The notes under the pieces: model-generated
What the model saw: the letters and a program-made list of their open reading frames with translations, nothing else
Told to the model about the DNA's origin: nothing
The model's database searches: none
Part shown: positions 1 through 6,983 of the stretch, in pieces
Layout of the letters: every line of letters begins with the position of its first letter
Numbering within the stretch: the first letter of the stretch is position 1
Position numbers and translations under genes: made by a program
NCBI GenBank assembly: GCA_018713665.1
Contig: DVOI01000040.1
Span: 1,324 to 65,323, forward strand
DNA length: 64,000 bases
Direction of reading: 5' to 3'
From: Candidatus Ornithoclostridium faecigallinarum
GTDB lineage: Bacteria > Bacillota > Clostridia > Christensenellales > UBA3700

Positions 1-517
1 TCGCAATGGCCTTGCCCGTAACGGTGTCGTACCGGCTCGCCAAATAAGGCCCTTCTCCACATGAGATCTCCAGCCTGTTCGCCGTCACATAGTCTTGCCA
101 TGTCTTGCCGTCATCAGGAGAAAACTCGATTTTTTTCTTTGTCGCCGTCCACGTCTTTTCGTGCTCGGTATTGAACACGTTTTCTCGCCCAAACCAGGCG
201 TTGTCGATCAAATTGTTCTGCTTGTTGCACACCCATGACGGGGTGAAGACTTCTGCCTTGTCCTTGATGCGGGTCTGTTGTTCTTTCTTTGTCTTTTCGG
301 TTCGCGGTTTGATTATGTTGCCGCATTTGCCGGTGATCAAATGGATCTGGATCTCATCCGATTTGCCGTATCCGTAACCATACTCGGAATATGCATCGGT
401 AGCCCAAATGATGTTTTTGCCGGAATTTTTGTCTTGCAAAAGAATGGCCAGGAGCTCAGAATCCAACTCCATCACCGAATTTTCTTTTACATCAACTTTG
501 TTGTCAATATCTGCCAT
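1..517 (-). CDS. Partial ORF (N-terminal ~172 aa, runs off the left edge): putative DNA methyltransferase / restriction-modification-associated protein in an AT-rich island
   Basis: Absent from the ORF track because no stop lies inside the window. Manual reverse-strand translation from the ATG at 517 reads MADIDNKVDVKENSVMELDSELLAILLQDKNSGKNIIWATDAYSEYGYGYGKSDEIQIHLITGKCGNIIKPRTEKTKKEQQTRIKDKAEVFTPSWVCNKQNNLIDNAWFGRENVFN... and stays open to position 1. AEVFTPxW resembles the xVxTP motif of N6-adenine methyltransferases. The functional call is from memory only. Confidence 0.45.
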   Translation of the reverse strand, partial: MADIDNKVDVKENSVMELDSELLAILLQDKNSGKNIIWATDAYSEYGYGYGKSDEIQIHLITGKCGNIIKPRTEKTKKEQQTRIKDKAEVFTPSWVCNKQNNLIDNAWFGRENVFNTEHEKTWTATKKKIEFSPDDGKTWQDYVTANRLEISCGEGPYLASRYDTVTGKAIA

Positions 518-970
518 TTTGCTTTGACCCTAAGCTGCCCTTCTCGCTCCATAGCCATTTGCCGGTTCGGTAGTAGCTTAAAGCATGTGCTTCAAGCGGC
601 GGATCACGACGCTTTGTCGCCTCGGAACAATACCGTTCCGCTATTGTTTTGCAAGTATATTATACCAAACTCAACATAGATTGTAAAGCCGAAAAACCAT
701 ATCAAAATGTGACACAAAGCCGTTGCGACAAGTGGATTGTCAAGCCGAGTGCAACACTTTTGCAATTCTTGTTCAACAAGTCTGCAGGTGTTTTGCAGTT
801 TAGTACTTTCTTTAGTCTGTTATTTATCTTTGCCGCGTTTTGCGCAAGCGTCTTTTTTTGGAGCTAACTGCATTATACAGTGGTTTTTAACGAACTCTTT
901 TTTGAGTGTTGCACTTGAAAGTATAATCACCAAATAAGAGAAAAACCACAATATCTTGTGGTTTTCCATC

Positions 971-991
971 TGGAGCTGCTAACCGGATTTG
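971..991. repeat. att-like direct repeat: duplicated 3' end of tRNA-Thr
   Basis: Exact 21-nt copy (tggagctgctaaccggatttg) of plus-strand 1114-1134, which is the 3' part of the T-arm, the acceptor 3' strand and CCA of the tRNA. AT-rich DNA starts directly to its left. Confidence 0.85.
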
Positions 992-1064
992 TAAGGAGCG
1001 CAGAGCGCGACGGAATAGGCGAACAGAGTGAGCCGTCACGATTTCGCTGCCGGGTAGCAGCGTC

Positions 1065-1108
1065 AAAAAAAGGACATCCCCGGGGCGTTAGCCTGTTCGG
1101 AGATGTCC
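1065..1108 (-). terminator. Rho-independent terminator of tRNA-Thr
   Basis: On the reverse strand, stem GGACATC.CCG / CGG.GATGTCC is followed by TTTTTTT, starting 5 nt after the tRNA 3' end. Confidence 0.6.
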
Positions 1109-1113
1109 GTAAA

Positions 1114-1189
<76 letters not shown>

Positions 1190-1259
1190 ATATGCGACTC
1201 GGCGCCGATTTTGCAAAACGTGCGACGATTTGCGGATCGGCTCGTTTGATTGCTTAATC

Positions 1260-1288
1260 ATTATAGAAAAAAAGTATCGCCGTGTCAA
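1260..1288 (-). promoter_or_regulatory. Consensus sigma-A type promoter for tRNA-Thr
   Basis: Reverse strand reads TTGACA (1288-1283), a 17-nt spacer, then TATAAT (1265-1260), about 65 nt upstream of the tRNA 5' end. Confidence 0.6.
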
Positions 1289-1431
1289 ATGTTTTGAGAC
1301 AGTTTGTCAAATCGTTTTGAACACATCACGATCTGTTCGCTCCAACGCATTGCTTTGTGAATAGCTGCTGCACACGATCGCACACCTGCCGTCATACGGC
1401 GGAAACGTCGTCTGCGGCAATGTTTTGTCAT

Positions 1432-1640
1432 CAAAAAACGACGCTGCCGCGTCGAATATACTTCAGGGAGCACGATGTGCTCCCTTTTAAGTTAACCGAG
1501 GCGATAGTTTAACCCCGCTGGTAAGCAGGTGGGTACGCTGTGTCGAAGTTCTGTAATCCTCAACGGGGAGGCACGCCATCCCTACGCCAACTCCGCGTTC
1601 CCGTATGATGTTCTGCGGTTACACGCATCGCCTTCGGTCA
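1432..1640 (-). ncRNA. Candidate ~200-nt structured non-coding RNA of unknown class (size is 6S-like; not identified)
   Basis: No plausible ORF. Reverse-strand promoter TTGTAT (1674-1669), 17 nt, TATAAT (1651-1646). A 15-bp long-range closing helix pairs 1491-1505 with 1627-1642. A GGGAGCAC/GTGCTCCC hairpin lies at 1466-1486. A terminal hairpin GACGC..GCGTC plus a U-run lies at 1433-1453. Confidence 0.3.
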
Positions 1641-1718
1641 ACTATATTATAGCGCATATCTCGCAAAAATACAATACCTTTTGCAAAAATTTTACATTTC
1701 TTTTTGAACATCGTTGCG

Positions 1719-1750
1719 AAAAGGCGTATTTTGTTGAAAATACGCCTTTT
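1719..1750. terminator. Bidirectional rho-independent terminator (ends the 1867-2748 gene)
   Basis: aaaaggcgtatttt-gttg-aaaatacgcctttt forms a perfect 14-bp stem with A/T runs on both sides. Confidence 0.7.
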
Positions 1751-1866
1751 GAAATTGTTTTGCTATGGACAATTTTTGATAATTTTTGATTATTTGCGCC
1801 TTTTTTTGCCTCGTTTCGCATCGCGTCGCCGCGTCAACTCACGGAGCTTTGCTCCCCTACTTGTCG

Positions 1867-2748
1867 TCACTCTTCCGCCGAGCCCTTCCCTTTCGGCGCG
1901 TCGGTCGCAGGCTGTTGCGCCGCTTCGCGCGTTTCGGTTTTTGGCTCTTCCGAATTTGACCGCTCATCCGATTTCTGCTCTTCCGCGTTCTTATCTTTCG
2001 ATTTCGGGACGTCTTGCGGCGATTGCCGCTGCGCCGCGTCGTTTGTTTGACCGACCGCTTCGCCCTCGGACGCGTCGTCGCCCTTTTTCACTTTTTTCTT
2101 GCGCGGTTCGGCGTGCTTTTTGGCGTCGCCTTCAAGCGTGGTATAAATTTCGTCGCGTGACGAAAAATCGAGGTCGCCCTTGCCTGCCGCCTCTTTCGCC
2201 TTTTGCTTGCGCGCGAGCTTCTCCTCTTTGGTCAGCATAAATTTCGCCCAACCGTCCGGCGAAGGTTCACTCTCGGCATAGCTGTCTATGATCGCGAGCA
2301 TGCGCTCGACCTCTCTGTCTATCTCCGCGCAATCGACGTCGCCGCCCTTGGCGAGGGCGATTGCCGTCAAGCCGTAATATACGACGCCCATCGCATGCTT
2401 TGACGTGTGTACGGTGGACACCGCCTGAGCGACCGCGCGAGCCGCCGCGCACGCGACGGGGCTGTACGCCGCCCTTGCCGCGGAATGCGCTGCCAAGATT
2501 TTGACGCGCGCCTCAGGCATCTTGATCGTACCCTTCGCCCAAAGTGCGCCCGCTCCGTAGGCGACGCGCACCTTGTCGCTTCGCTTCTCTTCGGCGAGTT
2601 CGTACAATTTGACATACTTGCCGGCGATCGCGTAAGCCGCCGCCGCGGCGCCGCGCCTGCCGCACTTGGCAAACGCCTCGGCTACTTTCGCGACTCGCGG
2701 ATCGGACGCGGAAAACAAGATCTTCTTTTTGGTCTTTTTCTCTTTCAC
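1867..2748 (-). CDS. Hypothetical protein: Ala-rich helical domain (Imm5-like by recollection) plus a Lys/Glu-rich disordered C-terminal tail
   Basis: In-frame part of ORF 1867-2988. The start is taken as the GTG at 2748, which forms a GTGA overlap with the deoC stop. The upstream part of the long ORF overlaps deoC and is discarded. The segment KMPEARVKILAAHSAARAAYSPVACAAARAVAQAVSTVHTSKHAMGVVYYGLTAIA fits the AHxAAR...AAxAxxQAxxTxHxxxHA pattern. The tail is KKHAEPRKKKVKKGDD...KSKDKNAEEQK. Confidence 0.6.
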   Translation of the reverse strand: MKEKKTKKKILFSASDPRVAKVAEAFAKCGRRGAAAAAYAIAGKYVKLYELAEEKRSDKVRVAYGAGALWAKGTIKMPEARVKILAAHSAARAAYSPVACAAARAVAQAVSTVHTSKHAMGVVYYGLTAIALAKGGDVDCAEIDREVERMLAIIDSYAESEPSPDGWAKFMLTKEEKLARKQKAKEAAGKGDLDFSSRDEIYTTLEGDAKKHAEPRKKKVKKGDDASEGEAVGQTNDAAQRQSPQDVPKSKDKNAEEQKSDERSNSEEPKTETREAAQQPATDAPKGKGSAEE

Positions 2749-3365
2749 AATTTTGCGCTGGCGCCTATCCTGGTCGCGCCTGCCTCGATGAATGCGCGCG
2801 CCGTCTCGGCGTCGCGAATGCCGCCTGCGGCTTTGATGCCGAGGTCGCCGCAATTTGCCTTGATGATCTCGACCGCGTGCAGCGTCGCGCCCGCCTTTGA
2901 AAAGCCCGTACTCGTCTTGACGATGTCCGCGCCGGAGCGCACGCATATCTTCGTCGCCTCGGCGATCTGCTCGTCGGTGAGCAGACACTCTTCGATGATG
3001 ACTTTGAGCGTGACTCCGCAGGCGTGCTTGACCGCGGCGATGTCCTTCGCGACATAGTCAAAGTCGCCGCCTTTGAGCGCGCCGACCGCCATCACCATAT
3101 CGATTTCGTCAGCGCCGTCCTCGACCGCCTTGGCAGCCTCGAAAGCCTTGACTTCGGTTGCCGACGCACCGAGCGGAAAGCCGACGACGCACGCGACGCC
3201 CACTCCGCTGCCGCGCAGCAGCTGCCTGCAAAGCGCAACATACGCGCCGTTTACGCACACGTTGGCATAGCCGCGTTCCTTCGCGATCTTGCACAATTCC
3301 TCAATGTCGGCGCGGGTCGCGTCCGGTTTGAGATTGGTAAAGTCTATGTATTGTTCGAGTTGCAT
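2745..3365 (-). CDS. deoC: Deoxyribose-phosphate aldolase
   Basis: Full-length DeoC-like 206 aa with FPLGASATEVK, DEIDMV and the Schiff-base Lys context IVKTSTGF. Confidence 0.93.
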   Translation of the reverse strand: MQLEQYIDFTNLKPDATRADIEELCKIAKERGYANVCVNGAYVALCRQLLRGSGVGVACVVGFPLGASATEVKAFEAAKAVEDGADEIDMVMAVGALKGGDFDYVAKDIAAVKHACGVTLKVIIEECLLTDEQIAEATKICVRSGADIVKTSTGFSKAGATLHAVEIIKANCGDLGIKAAGGIRDAETARAFIEAGATRIGASAKL

Positions 3366-3373
3366 AACTCCTC

Positions 3374-4636
3374 CTATTCAACTTTGCAGACAATCCTGTC
3401 GCGGACAATCGGCTTTTCGTCCGATACGACGAATGCCGAAGCGAGCCTTTGGGCAAATTCTTCGTCGCCGACGCGACTGTAATGCAATGTCGCGAGCGGC
3501 TGACCCTTGTTCACCCTATCGCCGGCGGCGACGTGTAATTTGACGCCGACTTCGGGCAATATCGCATCCTCTTTGACACGCCTTCCACCTCCCGCATCGA
3601 GCGCGACCGAAGCGACCGTCATAGCGTTTATGTCCGATATGTATCCGCCTTTCGGCGCAAAAACCGTCTTTTTGCACTTGCTTTGCGGCAGATTTTGCAA
3701 ACATCCCTGTTTGCCGCCGAGCGCGTATATCATTTGCTCAAACTTTTCATACGCCGCGCCCGAAGATATCGCCCGATCGAACGCTTCGCCGTCCGTGCCG
3801 AGCTGCGCGCAAAGCGCCTTGGCAACCTCGTAGACGTCGCCCCTCTCTCTGCCCGACAGCACGTCGAGCGCGGAGCGCACCTCAATCGCGTTGCCGACCG
3901 CGCTCTCGAGCGGCATGTCCATCGTCGTGACCAACGCCGAAACATTGCGTCCGGCACGCCTGCCGATGTCGACCATCGTCCGCGCAAGCGTCTTTGCGGC
4001 GTCCTCGTCCTTCATGAACGCGCCTCTTCCCGTCTTGACGTCGAGCACGATGTTTTTCGCCCCTGCGGCGAGTTTTTTGCTCATCACCGACGCGGCGATC
4101 AGCGGCATACTGTCCACGGTCGCGGTCACGTCGCGCAATGCGTAAAGATACTTGTCCGCGGGGCACAATTGCGCCGTCTGCCCCGCAATCACTATCCCGA
4201 TGTCGTCGACAATCTCGAAAAATCTCTTCTCGGAAATGTCGGTATGTACGCCGTCAATCGACTCCAACTTGTCGAGCGTGCCGCCGGTATGCCCCAACCC
4301 TCTGCCGCTGAGCTTGGCGCAGATCTTGCCCGTCGCCGCCATCACCGGCATGACGATGAAGCTGGTGCCGTCGCCGACGCCGCCTGTGGAATGCTTGTCG
4401 ACGGTGGCGTCGCCGTAGCGCGACAGGTCGAGCATATCGCCGCTGTGCGCCATCGCGTCGGTCAGCGTCAACGTCTCGCGCGCGTCCATGCCGCCCATCG
4501 CAATCGCCATCAGCAGCGCGGAATTTTGATAGTCGGCAAAATCTTCGAGGTGATCGATCCAAAAACGGATCGCCTCGTCGTCGAGCGAGTTGCCGTGCCT
4601 CTTTTCGGCGATGATGTCGGTGATCTTCATACTCAT
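3374..4636 (-). CDS. pdp: Pyrimidine-nucleoside (thymidine) phosphorylase
   Basis: DKHSTGGVGD motif and family-typical length. The start is set at the ATG at 4636 (MSMKITDII), which forms an ATGA overlap with the upstream stop. Confidence 0.92.
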   Translation of the reverse strand: MSMKITDIIAEKRHGNSLDDEAIRFWIDHLEDFADYQNSALLMAIAMGGMDARETLTLTDAMAHSGDMLDLSRYGDATVDKHSTGGVGDGTSFIVMPVMAATGKICAKLSGRGLGHTGGTLDKLESIDGVHTDISEKRFFEIVDDIGIVIAGQTAQLCPADKYLYALRDVTATVDSMPLIAASVMSKKLAAGAKNIVLDVKTGRGAFMKDEDAAKTLARTMVDIGRRAGRNVSALVTTMDMPLESAVGNAIEVRSALDVLSGRERGDVYEVAKALCAQLGTDGEAFDRAISSGAAYEKFEQMIYALGGKQGCLQNLPQSKCKKTVFAPKGGYISDINAMTVASVALDAGGGRRVKEDAILPEVGVKLHVAAGDRVNKGQPLATLHYSRVGDEEFAQRLASAFVVSDEKPIVRDRIVCKVE

Positions 4637-4959
4637 TTGCGCCGTCTTGCCGCGCTGTCGCACAGCGCGTTTACCGCACCCGGATCCGCCTCATGCCCCG
4701 TCTTGCCAATCTCGTAGACGAGATCGGCGTCGTCGGTGACCTCCGCGCGTGCATAGCCCATCGCGAGCAAACCCTCGCGCACGTCGTCGAAGAACGCGCG
4801 CCTTGCGGTCAGCGTGAACATCGGATCGGTCCTGAGACCGACGATGATCGCGTCTTTGCCCGAGGCGGAATAGGTCCACCCCGTCACGTTTTCAAACGAA
4901 GCGAGAAAACTCTCCACTCCGACATATTGCACTTCTGCGGCACGAATGTCGATATCCAT
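4633..4959 (-). CDS. Hypothetical protein (108 aa)
   Basis: GC3-rich ORF in the operon orientation. Its stop overlaps the pdp start (ATGA). No recognisable motif, and the SD is weak. Confidence 0.55.
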   Translation of the reverse strand: MDIDIRAAEVQYVGVESFLASFENVTGWTYSASGKDAIIVGLRTDPMFTLTARRAFFDDVREGLLAMGYARAEVTDDADLVYEIGKTGHEADPGAVNALCDSAARRRK

Positions 4960-4988
4960 ACCGAAAATATGCCCCTTTGCGACGCAGG

Positions 4989-5360
4989 TTATTCTCCGCT
5001 TTCCTCAAACCGCGCAACGTTGGAACCGTCGCCCCAGAGCTGTTCGAGCGAATAGGTCTTGCGAGTCTCTTCCTCGAAGACGTGGACGATGACGTCGCCG
5101 TAGTCGAGCACGACCCATTTGCCGCCGCTCCTGCCCTCGACGCGCAAAGCGGCGACGCCGAATTGCTTCTCCATGATCTCTTCGAGATTTTCGGCGAGCG
5201 CCTTGACTTGCGTCGTCGAGCGGCCGCTCGCAATCACGAACCAATCGGCGATCGAAGTGAGCCCTTCGAGCGCGACGCAGGTCACGTCGAGCGCCTTTTT
5301 GGAATCGAGCGCCTTGCAAATTTCCTCTTTAAGTTGTGTAGTATCCATATTTCTCCTCAA
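4989..5360 (-). CDS. rsfS: Ribosome silencing factor RsfS (YbeB/iojap family)
   Basis: DVTCVALEGLTSIADWFVIASGRSTTQVKALAENL...VVLDYGDVIVHVF is typical of RsfS. The start is 5360 (ATGA overlap) or 5348 (MDTTQL). Confidence 0.9.
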   Translation of the reverse strand: MRRNMDTTQLKEEICKALDSKKALDVTCVALEGLTSIADWFVIASGRSTTQVKALAENLEEIMEKQFGVAALRVEGRSGGKWVVLDYGDVIVHVFEEETRKTYSLEQLWGDGSNVARFEESGE

Positions 5361-6481
5361 TTGTTTCGATAGTATTCCGCCGCGCGCAGCGTCAGCGGAT
5401 AGATGTCCGCTCCCTTCTCGACGAGATAGTCGTACGAGCGGATAAGACAGGCGCGGAAGCCCTTTTCAAAGTCGCGTCTTATTGTGCGGCGCAGCTCTTC
5501 GACGCCGTCAAAGTCACGCGCCGGCTCGAGCATGTCCGCGCAAAAAATGAGCTTGTCGAGCGTATTCATGTCGGGCTTGCCGGTGCAATGGCAGGCAATC
5601 GCACCGATCACATCGCCGTCCGTCACGCCGTACTCTCTCTCCGCCAAGTAGGCGCCCATAAATTGGTGTTCGACCTCGCTGCCGACACAGTCCGCCGGGA
5701 CGTGCGAGACGTCGTGCGGCTCGCGGCATATCTTCTTCGCGCAGTCGTGCAGCATCGCCGCCAAAAACACCTTGTCGCCGTCAAGCCCCAAACCGCACTC
5801 GAAATCGAGTCCGAGCGCGCAGACGACGGTGCGCTTGATGTGTTCGTACGTCTTCGGCAACACCGCTCCTTTCAGCTTGTCCGCAAGCGGCGTGTACCAA
5901 TCGTAAAGCCCGTGCTCTTGCACGTACGCTGCGACCTCGGGCGAAAGCGCCGAATAGTCGCGCATGGACGCGAGATAGCGCGCCGCGGTCGACGACACAC
6001 CGTCGGGCATGAAGTCGTCGGCATATATCCTCGCCCCTCTGCCGCGCCAAAATTCGAGCGCGGCGGCAAAGCTCTCGTCTCTGTCCTTGCGAGGGAAAGC
6101 GAGCAATGGCACCTCGGCGACGACCTTGTCGGGCTCGCGCCACTTGCCCAAATCTATCAGGCTGTCTCCGCCGATGACAAAGACGCAGTCGCCGTATTTG
6201 TCGACAAGCTTCGGCAGCGTGAGATAACTGTAATGCACCGCCCCGTCGCCGCCCTCGATGGTGTCGACGGACATATCCGCCCTTCCGGCGATCGCCGCCT
6301 CGAGCATTGCGACACGGTCGTGAAAGTCGGCGGTGCACCGCTTGTGCGGAGGATTCGCCGACGGAACGAAGACGACGCGCTCGCAACCGAGCTCCAAAGC
6401 CCTCTCCGCCATTTGAATGTGCGCGGCGTGCGGAGGATCGAATGCGCCTCCGAGCAGCGCCGTCCCGTGCAAAGGTCTCAT
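5357..6481 (-). CDS. nadD: Fusion protein: nicotinate-nucleotide adenylyltransferase (NadD) plus YqeK-type HD phosphohydrolase
   Basis: The N-terminal half has GGAFDPPHAAH (GxFxPxHxxH). The C-terminal half has LAAMLHDCAKK and the AIACHCTGKPDMNTLDKLIFCADMLEP HD-domain pattern. The ORF extends to 6499; the start is placed at the ATG at 6481 because a TATAAT box lies 6 nt upstream. Confidence 0.85.
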   Translation of the reverse strand: MRPLHGTALLGGAFDPPHAAHIQMAERALELGCERVVFVPSANPPHKRCTADFHDRVAMLEAAIAGRADMSVDTIEGGDGAVHYSYLTLPKLVDKYGDCVFVIGGDSLIDLGKWREPDKVVAEVPLLAFPRKDRDESFAAALEFWRGRGARIYADDFMPDGVSSTAARYLASMRDYSALSPEVAAYVQEHGLYDWYTPLADKLKGAVLPKTYEHIKRTVVCALGLDFECGLGLDGDKVFLAAMLHDCAKKICREPHDVSHVPADCVGSEVEHQFMGAYLAEREYGVTDGDVIGAIACHCTGKPDMNTLDKLIFCADMLEPARDFDGVEELRRTIRRDFEKGFRACLIRSYDYLVEKGADIYPLTLRAAEYYRNN

Positions 6482-6487
6482 GGCTCT

Positions 6488-6516
6488 ATTATATAACATT
6501 TCGAGCCGTCAATCAA
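6488..6516 (-). promoter_or_regulatory. Promoter predicted to give a leaderless nadD-yqeK mRNA
   Basis: Reverse strand reads TTGATT (6516-6511), 17 nt, TATAAT (6493-6488), AGAGCC, then ATG (6481). No SD precedes either candidate ATG. Confidence 0.4.
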
Positions 6517-6526
6517 TGATTCGGAC

Positions 6527-6550
6527 AAAAAAACGGCGGCAATGCCGCCG
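6527..6550 (-). terminator. Rho-independent terminator of the 6614-6883 gene
   Basis: On the reverse strand, stem CGGCGGC/GCCGCCG is followed by TTTTTTT. Confidence 0.7.
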
Positions 6551-6613
6551 GTATGCGCCGAAAAAACCTAGTCCGCCGCGCCCAATGCGACGGCGAACGC
6601 ATAGGCGACGCCC

Positions 6614-6883
6614 TCAAATGCTCGCAAGCAACGTCTCGTACACTTCAATCGCTTCGCCGATCTCCTTCTCGCGGCGGCAACACTCGTTGAACCGCCACAC
6701 TTTGGGATGCCTGGGGTCGGTGACCGCGACCATCGCGATGTCCGCGCGATAACGCGGATCGTTCATCTCGTTGCGCGCGACTTTGAGCCGCATCAACCTG
6801 TCTTTGAGATCGTCGCCCTTGAACAGAAAGTCGAGAATCTCGTCAAGCTCCGTCTTGCGGAGCTGCGCCTGTTCGAATGTCAT
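6614..6883 (-). CDS. Hypothetical protein (89 aa)
   Basis: Monocistronic ORF with SD GGGAGG, its own promoter and a terminator. No recognisable domain. Confidence 0.6.
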   Translation of the reverse strand: MTFEQAQLRKTELDEILDFLFKGDDLKDRLMRLKVARNEMNDPRYRADIAMVAVTDPRHPKVWRFNECCRREKEIGEAIEVYETLLASI

Positions 6884-6921
6884 ATGCGCCTCCCGTGCGC
6901 AAGATGCGCTCTTTCAATTCA

Positions 6922-6950
6922 AGCATATTGCGTTATGCGCGCTTTGTCAA
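6922..6950 (-). promoter_or_regulatory. Sigma-A type promoter of the 89-aa gene
   Basis: Reverse strand reads TTGACA (6950-6945), 17 nt, TATGCT (6927-6922). Confidence 0.5.
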
Positions 6951-6983
6951 TGGCAAGAGGCGAAATTTTACACAAATTTTACA

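Noticed and set aside
1285-1473. 62-aa ORF between the tRNA promoter and the ncRNA candidate
   Set aside because: It is Arg-rich, has no SD, and overlaps the promoter and terminator hairpins.
1490-1645. Assignment of the structured segment to SRP RNA, the TPP riboswitch, the c-di-AMP (ydaO) riboswitch or RNase P
   Set aside because: The conserved cores were not found on either strand: GGUCCGGAAGGAAGCAGC (SRP RNA), CUGAGA...ACCUGAUCUGGAUAAUGCCAGCG (TPP riboswitch), the ydaO twin motifs, and GAGGAAAGUCC (RNase P). The class is left unknown.
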